Source of the DNA: Microcoleaceae cyanobacterium
GTDB taxonomy: Bacteria; Cyanobacteriota; Cyanobacteriia; Cyanobacteriales; Microcoleaceae
Length of the DNA: 33,429 bases
NCBI GenBank assembly: GCA_051652765.1
Contig: JBOFUV010000068.1
Location: forward strand, 1 to 33,429
Direction: 5' to 3'
The translations under genes were made by a program, and so were the position numbers. The notes beneath the pieces are model-generated. The model had not been told where the DNA came from, ran no database searches, and saw only the letters and a list, made by a program, of their open reading frames with translations. The stretch's first letter is position 1; each line of letters begins with the position of its first letter. This document shows positions 10,002 to 19,030 of this stretch, piece after piece.

Positions 10002-10187
10002 ATGGCTGTTCCAAAGAAACGAACCTCTAAATCTAAGCGCAAGAGCCGCCAAGCAGTCTGGAAGCGCCAAGCTTACCATGAGGCACAGAAGGCGCTTTCT
10101 CTGGGTAAATCCATTCTTACAGGTCGTGCTAGAGGCTTCTTCTATCCTCCGAATGAAGAAGACCAAGAAGAAGACACCGAAGAATAA
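10002..10187 (+). CDS. rpmF: 50S ribosomal protein L32
   Basis: [13 protein letters not shown]-terminus of the cyanobacterial/plastid type; acidic tail. Confidence 0.97.
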   Translation: MAVPKKRTSKSKRKSRQAVWKRQAYHEAQKALSLGKSILTGRARGFFYPPNEEDQEEDTEE

Positions 10188-10199
10188 GTTCACTCAGCA

Positions 10200-10228
10200 G
10201 GGTTGGCAAATTGCCAGCCTTTGTTTTC
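10200..10228 (+). terminator. Intrinsic terminator of rpmF
   Basis: GGTTGGCAA/TTGCCAGCC hairpin followed by TTTGTTTT. Confidence 0.65.
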
Positions 10229-10571
10229 CTGGGGGGTTTCCCTGGGAGTATTCGGCGGGCATTCTCAGCTCACAAGATACTCACAAGATAAAGGTTAAAG
10301 GTCTGGGCGATCGCCAGAACTCAGGAAGAGTAGTTAAAAAAACACTCTCCAACAAGTGAAGAGTGATGACATGATCTCTACGGACTGACTTGGAACCCTT
10401 AGTAATACATATGTCTGATGATCTGAGCTTATGCACTTTAGTTCAGATTTTTTTAGAAAATTTTTGAGGAGTTTTGCAAAATTCCCTCTCTACATCCCCT
10501 GTCTACAGTGGGTGGAGCACACTCAGAGTCTAGTCTGAATTTATAATCTATAATCTGGACGCTGTGGTTGA

Positions 10572-12308
10572 CTACTCCTCCAAGGTTGAAACGTAGTTCA
10601 CCAATTGTCCAATGCGTTGGCGCAAGGTCTCTAACCCTAGGCCATTCCCGGCTGAAATAAACACCGACTGGGGATACTCCTCCCGAGCAAACTGCAAGGA
10701 TTCACCATCAGCTTGATCAATCTTGTTGAATGCAAGGATAGCAGGGCCAGGAGTGATGGGCAGGCTCATCAAAATTTGCATCACCGACTCAATATGGTTG
10801 CGCCAAGAGGGATGAGACAGATCAACGACATGAATCAAGCCATCTGCATCAGTCACTTCTTCCAAGGTTGCGCGAAACGCATCGACTAACGCGGGAGGAA
10901 GTGCATGAATAAATCCGACGGTGTCTGTGAGAACAACGGTGAGGGGTTCTCCGGTCACTGCATTGGGAACGGTGAGGCGGCGACTGGTCGGGTCGAGGGT
11001 CGCAAATAACTGGTCAGCCGCATAGATTTCGGAGCGGGTGAGAATATTCAGTAAGGTCGATTTTCCAGCGTTGGTATATCCAACAATCGCCAGGGTTGGA
11101 ACCTCCTGATGATGCCGTCGCTCTCGTAAGCGCGAGCGATGGGCCTGCAATTGATTGACTTCCTGTTGCAACCGAGCAATCCGCCGCTGAATTGCTCGGC
11201 GTTCCGTTTCTAGCTTTGTTTCTCCAGGGCCCCTTGTCCCAATTCCACCCCCTAAACGAGACATGGCCTGCCCCCGACCCGTCAAACGCGGGAGGCTATA
11301 TTCCAGTTGGGCGAGTTCGACCTGGAGTTTTCCAGCGCCAGACTGGGCCCGTTGAGCAAAAATGTCAAGAATCAGTTCAGTGCGATCGACAACTCGAACC
11401 CCGATTTGAACTTCTAAGTTGCGAACTTGAGCTGGGGAGAGATCTCGATCAAACACCACCAAATTTGCCCCAACTGTCTGAACCGTCAGGGCAATTTCCT
11501 GCACTTTTCCAGACCCAACCACCGTTTGAGGATGCAGGTGTGATCGCTTCTGACGCAGAGCATCAAGAACTAGACCCCCAGCAGTATCGACCAACCGAGC
11601 TAATTCAGCCAATCCAGTTTCAAATCGCTGGGCAGAGAGGTTATCGGTTTTGACTCCCACCAACAAAACCTTATCTTGACCTGTATCAACCGTACGAGCC
11701 ACAAACTCTCGCTGGAGTTCCCCTTCTAGATCATCAACTAAATCTAGGAAATTCTGCTTTGAAAGCTCGTCCACACTGAGCGGAGTTGATAAGTAATAAG
11801 GAATTGGAGCTAAGGGATTCTCAAGGTTGCCATTGTTTTCCAGTTCTGTTCTAGGCGTAAGATGAGCCAAATAGGCTTCTCGAACGTATCCTGTTCCACC
11901 CCCGCCTCGACGCTGAAAGCCTCCCCCTGTCAAAATCAAGACAATTAAAATATCCAAGCGCTGAACCGCCATTGCAGTTAGGGCAGATTCACCGGGCGGA
12001 TCACCCTCAAGCTGAGTTGACAGACATCGAATCCCGCTTAAACGTCCTCCTCCATAACGTGGCAACTCTAGAGGTGGAATCTGTGTTTGGCGAGGCGTTC
12101 CTACTCCAACTCGAATCACCTGACCCCGACGGTTGACATAGACACAAACAGGCTGATCGACCTCCGTACTAATTGCAGCCAACCGCTGAGCAAACTCAGC
12201 AGTGATAATACAGTCACCTGGCAATCGCTGATGATACAGGCGCTGCAACTGCTTTAGTTGACTGGGCTTGAGACCTTGAAGCTGACCATAAATCGTTTCG
12301 ATAGGCAC
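10572..12308 (-). CDS. hflX: GTPase HflX (long cyanobacterial form)
   Basis: GYTNAGKS, DQLFATLDPT, DTVGFI, NKID, GIGTRGPGETKLE. Confidence 0.97.
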   Translation of the reverse strand: MPIETIYGQLQGLKPSQLKQLQRLYHQRLPGDCIITAEFAQRLAAISTEVDQPVCVYVNRRGQVIRVGVGTPRQTQIPPLELPRYGGGRLSGIRCLSTQLEGDPPGESALTAMAVQRLDILIVLILTGGGFQRRGGGGTGYVREAYLAHLTPRTELENNGNLENPLAPIPYYLSTPLSVDELSKQNFLDLVDDLEGELQREFVARTVDTGQDKVLLVGVKTDNLSAQRFETGLAELARLVDTAGGLVLDALRQKRSHLHPQTVVGSGKVQEIALTVQTVGANLVVFDRDLSPAQVRNLEVQIGVRVVDRTELILDIFAQRAQSGAGKLQVELAQLEYSLPRLTGRGQAMSRLGGGIGTRGPGETKLETERRAIQRRIARLQQEVNQLQAHRSRLRERRHHQEVPTLAIVGYTNAGKSTLLNILTRSEIYAADQLFATLDPTSRRLTVPNAVTGEPLTVVLTDTVGFIHALPPALVDAFRATLEEVTDADGLIHVVDLSHPSWRNHIESVMQILMSLPITPGPAILAFNKIDQADGESLQFAREEYPQSVFISAGNGLGLETLRQRIGQLVNYVSTLEE

Positions 12309-12418
12309 CTCTAACCAGAAAACTGGTTCTCCCGATCAAGTACGTCAAATTAATTGCTATAGATCATCATCATACCCATCTTTAAGATGCGATGGATTGA
12401 TCTGAGCAAAGAATCTTA

Positions 12419-12754
12419 TTACGGGTTCGAGGTTGAGGGAGTCAAGTTGTTATCCGTTGTCAGCACAGCTTGAATAGCTTTCAGTAAGGAGTCCAATAGG
12501 TCAGAACTCGGGACTGGGGAACCCCCAGCATTTTGAATCTTAGCCTGAAGCGCCTGATTTACGTCTGGATTCACATCACAGAAATCCAGAATAGCATAGG
12601 CAACCATGTCCATTTGCTGTTCTTCCTGCTCCAGTTCAGCTTGTTCAAGAGCGGTGTTCAATCGCGGCAGGTCTTGTTTTGCGTCTCCGGCAAAGTATTC
12701 AGGCTGACTCACTAAGATCTCTAGAAACGCACGACTCACTTGTTCAGACTGCAT
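12419..12754 (-). CDS. Hypothetical acidic helical protein
   Basis: 111-aa ORF with GGAGG RBS; divergent from the XRE gene. Confidence 0.75.
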   Translation of the reverse strand: MQSEQVSRAFLEILVSQPEYFAGDAKQDLPRLNTALEQAELEQEEQQMDMVAYAILDFCDVNPDVNQALQAKIQNAGGSPVPSSDLLDSLLKAIQAVLTTDNNLTPSTSNP

Positions 12755-12911
12755 CTAGTTATTTGCCTCCAATTTTAGGTTCAATCTGAATTGACTCAGC
12801 CCTTGGGCAACCCCCGGCTTCCAAGGGGAGATTCTTGATTCATCGATCAGAAGTTTTATTCGTCGCTTAACATCAGCGAAATTTTCCCTTAGTCACATTA
12901 TATTTTCAATC

Positions 12912-12950
12912 TTGATATTTTTTTCAATCCTGGCTTGAAAAAGATATCAA
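12912..12950. promoter_or_regulatory. Pair of TTGA-N8-TCAA palindromes (candidate operators)
   Basis: TTGATATTTTTTTCAA (12912-12927) and TTGAAAAAGATATCAA (12935-12950); minus-strand TATAAT at 12902-12897. Confidence 0.6.
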
Positions 12951-13230
12951 TGAGCGTTTGTGTCGGATTTTAAATTTTCTAAAGATTCTTCTTGCTTGTT
13001 TTCGCATTGAGGGATCTGTCAGAGTAGAATAAATGTTGAAGCCTTCGCCATCTTTGAACTAATATCCAGGTTGAAAATCTAGTTCATGGTCTACCCAGAT
13101 TTCACAGGATTTGTTGATAGTTGAACTCAGAACGATGGCTCGATCTAGGTTGATTCGATCACCTTGGAATAGGGTACAACCACTCTGGAACAATCACTAA
13201 TCAAAACCTGGGGAATCGTTTAGACCAATG

Positions 13231-13280
13231 CTGAAGTTTTGTTCAAGAGGGTTGAAAATTTATTCAAAATGACTTACAAT
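13231..13280 (+). promoter_or_regulatory. Sigma-70 promoter of the XRE gene overlapped by an operator pair
   Basis: -35 TTGAAA (13252-13257), 17 bp, -10 TACAAT (13275-13280); boxes CTGAAGTTTTGTTCAA (13231-13246) and TTGAAAATTTATTCAA (13252-13267). Confidence 0.65.
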
Positions 13281-13302
13281 CTTAGCTAGGAGGGAAAATA
13301 CC

Positions 13303-13737
13303 GTGGAACAAATATCTGCAAAAGAGCAAACATCTGTGAAGGAACTAGCACTCGCAAAAGATCCAGTCCCCGCAAGAGAGCAAACCTTTGGAAAGCTGAT
13401 CCGTCAAGCCCGCAAAGACAAAGGCTATTCTCAGCGACAGCTTGCAGGTCTCTTACAAGTTGATTTTACATACCTTTCCAAGCTTGAGAATGACCGAGCC
13501 GATTATCCTCCCAAGGAAGATGTGATCCGGGGCCTCGGGCGCAACTTGGGGTTAGACGAAGAGGAGTTGATTTTCTTGGCAGGCAGGATTCCACAACAGT
13601 ATGAAGGATTCCTGAAGCAAAATCCTAGAGAATTAGCTGCTTTGTTCCGTCATATGGAAAATCCTAAATTTGCTAAGGAAGTGTTTGAGAAGTTTAATGG
13701 AGGAGCGCTAGAAGGAAAAGCGAGTGGGGATTCTTAG
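13303..13737 (+). CDS. XRE-family HTH transcriptional regulator
   Basis: FGKLIRQARKDKGYSQRQLAGLLQVDFTYLSKLEND; GGAGG RBS before GTG. Confidence 0.92.
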   Translation: MEQISAKEQTSVKELALAKDPVPAREQTFGKLIRQARKDKGYSQRQLAGLLQVDFTYLSKLENDRADYPPKEDVIRGLGRNLGLDEEELIFLAGRIPQQYEGFLKQNPRELAALFRHMENPKFAKEVFEKFNGGALEGKASGDS

Positions 13738-14365
13738 ACCATACGAGTTCTACCCCAAACAGTTTATTGAACGGCAAGCCAACCGACTTCTACATCAAAT
13801 GGAGGCAACGCCGTTCGCTCCAGCTTGGCCATTTGATGCGGCTTCTGTTGCTGATTTTTTGGATTTGGGGGTGGTTTGGGAAGCGATTCCACCCGATCAG
13901 GGCGGAGCGATCGCTGCCCGGATTTTGCCGACTCAGCGCATGATTGAAATCAATGAAGCGATCCTGCAACTGAAGCTAGATCCAGGGTTTATTGAGTCTA
14001 CCCTTGCCCATGAAGTCGGTCACTGGATGCTGCATATTAATCAGGATGCAGTAGATGCTGAAGTGCTTGACGAAGCGGAAGAACCTTTTGTCTGTCGAGG
14101 AACTACGGATGAAACCAAGGTTGCCTCAATGGAATGGCAAGCTCAATACTTTGCGAGCTGTCTCTTGATGCCCCGTTGGGTTTTGGATCAAAAGTTCAGC
14201 AATCGTAGTTTTACAAATTGGTCTCATTTGTATGAGGTCAAAGATGAATTGGGAGTAACGATTTCCAATCTACTCCACCGCTTGCGGGACTTGGAGTGGA
14301 TTAGTCGCGATCAAAAAACTCGAAAGCTTGGTCAAGGGCAGCTTAGAGCGAATCGTTCGACCTAG
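13724..14365 (+). CDS. ImmA/IrrE family zinc metallopeptidase
   Basis: TLAHEVGHWMLH (HExxH) and EWQAQYFASCLLMP; overlaps the XRE gene by 14 bp. Confidence 0.92.
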   Translation: MGILRPYEFYPKQFIERQANRLLHQMEATPFAPAWPFDAASVADFLDLGVVWEAIPPDQGGAIAARILPTQRMIEINEAILQLKLDPGFIESTLAHEVGHWMLHINQDAVDAEVLDEAEEPFVCRGTTDETKVASMEWQAQYFASCLLMPRWVLDQKFSNRSFTNWSHLYEVKDELGVTISNLLHRLRDLEWISRDQKTRKLGQGQLRANRST

Positions 14366-14440
14366 TAGGTTGGTCGTTTAATTATTGATGGCATGGGTTA
14401 AACGCACTCCAGAACCGAATTTTTAGAATCCATTCTTAGG

Positions 14441-15505
14441 ATGGCTCACTCCATCTGCCCCGAAGACTTTTTTCGGCAGACCACGCCAATTTTAGATGTT
14501 CGAAGTCCAGCAGAATATATCCTGGGCCATGTTCCTGATGCACTTTGTTTTCCCCTATTTACAGATCAAGAACGAGTCCAAGTTGGAACGTGCTACAAGC
14601 TCCAGGGACGTAATCAAGCTGTAGAACTGGGATTCGAGATCGCGGGCCCCAAATTTGCTCAGTTTATTGCCCAAGCTCAAGAGCTTGCTCCCGAACGCCG
14701 AATTCGATTGTATTGTTGGCGGGGTGGGATGCGAAGTGAGGCTGTGGGTTGGGTACTAGAAATGGCAGGGTTTCAAGTCTCGCTTCTTCAGGGAGGGTAT
14801 AAAGCCTTTCGGCATTGGGGACAGTCTTTATTTGAACAGCCTCAAAATATCATTATTTTGGGGGGAATGACTGGAACTGGAAAAACCGAAGTCTTACAGG
14901 CACTAAAAAAACTTGGCGAACAAACCTTAGATCTAGAAGCTTTAGCAAATCATCGTGGCAGTAGCTACGGAGCCTTGGGTCAACCCCCTCAACCCACAAA
15001 TGAGCAGTTCTGGAACTTAATTACCGTTCAGTGGTCTCAGTTAGATCGGCAGCGTCCGGTCTGGATAGAGGCGGAAAGCAAGCGCATTGGCCTCTGTCGT
15101 ATTCCAGAGAGCCTATTCCTGCGGATGGAGCAGGCCCCTGTTGCAGAAATTCAACGACCTCGAGCTGAACGCCTCAATTTGCTCGTGAAAGTCTATGGTG
15201 AGTTTACGGTTGAAGATCTGGTGAAAGCAACAGAACGAATTCGCAAACGCTTAGGGGGGCTGAATACCCAAATCGCTGTCGAGTTGCTAAACCAAGGAAA
15301 TCTGCTTGAAGCATTCGACCTGATCCTTCAGTACTACGATAAAACCTACAGTTATGATTTGAAGCGACGCTCAGTTCCCATCTATCCGATTAACGTAGAG
15401 CAATGCAATGCTTCTGAAGTGGCACAACAGCTTCAAGCATTGATTCAAACAATGCCGACTCTGCTCGAAAAAATAGTGTTAGGCAAGGAACAACGAATCT
15501 TGTAG
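14441..15505 (+). CDS. mnmH: tRNA 2-selenouridine synthase (MnmH/SelU)
   Basis: Rhodanese domain DVRSPAEY...CWRGGMRS, P-loop GMTGTGKT, DLEALANHRGSSYG, EAESKRIG. Confidence 0.95.
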   Translation: MAHSICPEDFFRQTTPILDVRSPAEYILGHVPDALCFPLFTDQERVQVGTCYKLQGRNQAVELGFEIAGPKFAQFIAQAQELAPERRIRLYCWRGGMRSEAVGWVLEMAGFQVSLLQGGYKAFRHWGQSLFEQPQNIIILGGMTGTGKTEVLQALKKLGEQTLDLEALANHRGSSYGALGQPPQPTNEQFWNLITVQWSQLDRQRPVWIEAESKRIGLCRIPESLFLRMEQAPVAEIQRPRAERLNLLVKVYGEFTVEDLVKATERIRKRLGGLNTQIAVELLNQGNLLEAFDLILQYYDKTYSYDLKRRSVPIYPINVEQCNASEVAQQLQALIQTMPTLLEKIVLGKEQRIL

Positions 15506-15704
15506 GCTGTAACGTCTCAGAAAAAGATTGCTAACTTTAGTTGACCTGCCAACAAGTTGCTGCTTGAAGGTCGGGCTTTGAAGGTTGGTCTCAATAATCT
15601 GAAGACGACTTAGAAAAAAAATCAACAAGCGATGCTCGGGGGACTAGGTTCTAGGAGAGCAATACAAAAACTAAAGGCTCATTCAAAGTTATTCTGTAAT
15701 TAAG

Positions 15705-16133
15705 CTAAGCAACATCTGGCTGCTTTTCCTCAACTGGAAGCCGAGATTTAATCTCAGCAACAAACGCTTTTTGATCCACAACAGGCTTGGAAATATAGCC
15801 ATCAGCACCACTCTTCCCAATAAAGTAGTCGCGATCGCCTTCACCACCATAGGCAGTCACTAAAATGATGGGAAGATTTGCAGTTTGAGGGTTCGCCTTT
15901 AACATCTGAGTAATTCTAATCCCGTCCACAGCCTGACCTTCGTAATAACTATTAGTCAGAGAAACGTCCATTAAAATCAAGTCAGCTTGCTTAGACTCAG
16001 CCATTTGCATCACCATTTCCACATCTTCGGTGTGTTTAGCAGCAAGTCCGCCCCGCTTGGTCAGAATTCGCTCAAACACCTTCCAATTCATCTCATTGTC
16101 TTCAACAACTAAAACAGTTTGCATATCTACCAA
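15705..16133 (-). CDS. Single-domain response regulator (CheY/DivK-like)
   Basis: VLVVEDN, LILMDVSL, ILVTA, GADGYISKP. Confidence 0.92.
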   Translation of the reverse strand: MVDMQTVLVVEDNEMNWKVFERILTKRGGLAAKHTEDVEMVMQMAESKQADLILMDVSLTNSYYEGQAVDGIRITQMLKANPQTANLPIILVTAYGGEGDRDYFIGKSGADGYISKPVVDQKAFVAEIKSRLPVEEKQPDVA

Positions 16134-16292
16134 TACCCTCCGACCAGCAGTAGGGACACTTTATATTAATCTATTCATTAGTGTGATGGAATACACCTCA
16201 ATCGTCGATAGGGATAAGTTCAGGAATTCAGAGTAACTACCACCGATCAACATAAAAAAGGATGAAAAAGTTCAGGTTACCTTCCCGGTTGC

Positions 16293-17150
16293 TCATCTAG
16301 GATTGAGATGTTCAATGAACAAAGTATATCGCATTTGAGATTGAACGCCTTCCATTTTTCCTTTAAATCCACCGGTAATAGGAGCGGCGTGGCGAGGAAC
16401 AGGGCTAGCAGTCAGGGCAATATGGCGATCCGCAACTGCTAACCCAGCCATCGGATCATAGCCTCGCCAGCCAGATCCCGGTAAATACACCTCAACCCAG
16501 GCATGGAGATGGCGATCTGCTTGGGAAATATCTCCCTCTTGGTACCCACTCACAAATCGAGCTGCAAGTCCCATGGCTCGGCACGCCTCGATCAAGACCA
16601 TTGCCAAGTCTCGGCAAGAACCAACCTGTTTTGCCCAGGTAATCCCTGGAGGGAGAGGAGCGCCTGTTTCGCGAATCGTAGAACGACAAGTTTGATAAAT
16701 GCGCTGGTTGAGGGTCATCAGAAAGGAAATTACTTCCCCGTTCGTGCTCTGCCAGACCTCTTGAGCCAACTGAATCATCACTGGGTCAATGGCCGGAGAT
16801 AAGTAAGGCTGGAGCTGGGCCAACATCGGTGCTGGATAGTCATAAATCGGGAGTTCCGTTGCCCAAGGTTCTAAAAGATAGTTGAAAGGGTTAATGCAGT
16901 GAGTTTCCACCTCCGAGCTTGCCGTGATTTTTAGTTCGGCGGTGGGATTGAGAAACCAAAGTTTCACAATATCATTTCCCTCCAGATCAGCAATCACTGA
17001 CTGTCCCGTCGGAGCAGGAGACACCTCCAGGGAGAACTCTCTTAAGGTTTGAAAGGCATCAGATCGAGGACGAAGTCGAACCAGATGGGGGGCCAAATCA
17101 ACCACTTGACTGTAGGTGTAAAAGGTCGTGTGTTCGATCTTGTAGTGCAT
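16293..17150 (-). CDS. Transglutaminase-like protein with bacterial N-terminal domain
   Basis: YKIEHTTFYTYS, GSCRDLA, ARFVSGY, HAWVEVYLPGSGWRGYDP (Cys-His-Asp triad). Confidence 0.93.
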   Translation of the reverse strand: MHYKIEHTTFYTYSQVVDLAPHLVRLRPRSDAFQTLREFSLEVSPAPTGQSVIADLEGNDIVKLWFLNPTAELKITASSEVETHCINPFNYLLEPWATELPIYDYPAPMLAQLQPYLSPAIDPVMIQLAQEVWQSTNGEVISFLMTLNQRIYQTCRSTIRETGAPLPPGITWAKQVGSCRDLAMVLIEACRAMGLAARFVSGYQEGDISQADRHLHAWVEVYLPGSGWRGYDPMAGLAVADRHIALTASPVPRHAAPITGGFKGKMEGVQSQMRYTLFIEHLNPR

Positions 17151-17156
17151 CGCAGA

Positions 17157-18146
17157 TTAGTTGTTTTGATTTGAGCTGAATGGGATGGAGCCAGAGACAA
17201 CAGGTTCTAAGGCAAAAAAGGTTTCAAAAATCCGTTTTCCCACTTGATTGGTGCGTTTTTGCAGACCATCTAAGAATTCATGCAATCCTCGCTGCATAAT
17301 TTCATCCACTGTGAAGTAATCCAGTTCAGAGCGCAAGCGCCCTAATTCCCGTTCGGCGGGGTTACACCAGGTTCCAGGAATCGAACCAGTAATCTGGCAG
17401 AGCGATCGCTCTGCCTGCAAAAAACAATATTGAATGGATCGGGGAAACTCCCGATTGAGAACCAGAAACTCAACGACACCATAGGGAGTAATCCGGTGTT
17501 GTTGGTGCTTGCGGTACATTTCATAGGCACTCGCAGAACGCAACAGTGCAATCCATTGAATCTCGTCTAGGGCCGTTCCCACATCCTGCACTGAAGGCAG
17601 AAGAATGTAATACTTCACATCCAGAATTCTGGAGGTTTTATCCGCCCGCTCCAGTAACCGTCCGATCAAGCCGAAATGCCATCCTTCCCCGTGGGTCATG
17701 GTCGCATCCATCACTCCAGCAAACAAATGTCCCCATAGTTTGACCTGATTAAATAACTCTGGCAGTTCACAGAGTGTTTCCGCCTGAGCCGCGTCTCGCA
17801 CCATCATATAAAACTCGTTCACCTGTTCCCACATTTCTGAGGAAATAATCTCTCGCACAGAACGGGCATTTTCACGGGCAGCTCGGAGACAAGAAATAAT
17901 GGAGTTGGGATACTCATGATCAAAGGTGAGAAATTGAATCACATTCTCAGCCGTCGCCTCTCCGTAGCGATTTTGAAACAAGCCCAAATCTCCCGTGGTG
18001 AGGACTAAAGGCTCCCACTGCTGTTGCAGCCCTGGGGGAGAATCCAACAAAAGATTGCGATTGACATCAACAAATCGAGCAATATTTTCTGCCCGTTCCA
18101 CATAACGATTGAGCCAATAGATTGAATCTGCAACCCGACTTAACAT
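17157..18146 (-). CDS. Alpha-E domain protein (DUF403)
   Basis: MLSRVADSIYWLNRYVERAENIAR and LERADKTSRILDVK (ER motifs); FPRSI. Confidence 0.93.
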   Translation of the reverse strand: MLSRVADSIYWLNRYVERAENIARFVDVNRNLLLDSPPGLQQQWEPLVLTTGDLGLFQNRYGEATAENVIQFLTFDHEYPNSIISCLRAARENARSVREIISSEMWEQVNEFYMMVRDAAQAETLCELPELFNQVKLWGHLFAGVMDATMTHGEGWHFGLIGRLLERADKTSRILDVKYYILLPSVQDVGTALDEIQWIALLRSASAYEMYRKHQQHRITPYGVVEFLVLNREFPRSIQYCFLQAERSLCQITGSIPGTWCNPAERELGRLRSELDYFTVDEIMQRGLHEFLDGLQKRTNQVGKRIFETFFALEPVVSGSIPFSSNQNN

Positions 18147-18655
18147 GCTTAGGATTTTAGTCGTTACTTAATCTACCTCCCGAATTTACCTGATTTCCGA
18201 GGGTGTAAAGTGCGTTCCATCCTATTTTTGTTACCTATTCTTAACAAATTTAACGATGTAGAAATATATCAAACCCTTAACTATAGAAACATCTGTATAC
18301 CTCTGTCTTTAAGAATTTGTTAAGATCAAGGTTCATTATCATTAAAGAGTCTGAAGCCTTAGGAATCTAAGAGTTCTGAAGCCTAGGGCTTGGAGATCAG
18401 GGGAGTTGGTGGTTTCTCAAGAGAGTTGGGATACATTGCCTGTAGCAGGGTAATAGGTGCTGTGACAGTTAGTCTTTGAAACAGAGGATAGCTAATCTGA
18501 TTGAAGGATGAACGTGGCGTGGGCATCCTGCTCGTATAGGTTGGAAGCTTGTACCACAGACCCTTTATCAATCATTGCTGATTGCTACAAACAGAACCAA
18601 CACAATCATTGACTAAATAGACCACTGACTAAATAGACGTTTTAAAAAAACTCAG

Positions 18656-19021
18656 TTGAGCAAGATGACATCTAACAAACAAAATCTCGATTTACTCTTT
18701 GATTCAATTGCCGAAGGAGGGGCGCGAATCGCCTATGAAGAAGAGTTTCAGTGTCGGATGGGGGTTTTCCCTTTGGCCTTCAACGATACAGGAGCCCATG
18801 TCAGCATTGTCTTTAATAACAATCCCAATCCCAAACGCCCCCTGTTGCTAGAACAAGTCAAAAACTATCTGGGTGACGCAGGGATGTTTGTGATCGCTGA
18901 AGCCCGCTATCCATTGGAGGGAAGAGTCAAGGACTACAGTGTGGCCATGGTCATTATGGCCCCTGTAAATTTTGTTCAACCGATTGTCGAACGGGCCGTC
19001 GGGGCATTCTATAACCATTAG
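18656..19021 (+). CDS. Hypothetical protein
   Basis: 121-aa ORF (ATG at 18665 also possible); protein-like composition; ends 9 bp from the ATP-grasp stop. Confidence 0.6.
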   Translation: MSKMTSNKQNLDLLFDSIAEGGARIAYEEEFQCRMGVFPLAFNDTGAHVSIVFNNNPNPKRPLLLEQVKNYLGDAGMFVIAEARYPLEGRVKDYSVAMVIMAPVNFVQPIVERAVGAFYNH

Positions 19022-19030
19022 TAACGTCCC

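Noticed and set aside
18204..18219. Possible NtcA box TGTA-N8-TCCA before alpha-E
   Set aside because: One core mismatch and no -10 at the expected spacing.
18383..18571. 62-aa ORF between ATP-grasp and alpha-E as a possible substrate peptide
   Set aside because: TTG start, no clear RBS or motif; cannot be supported from sequence alone.
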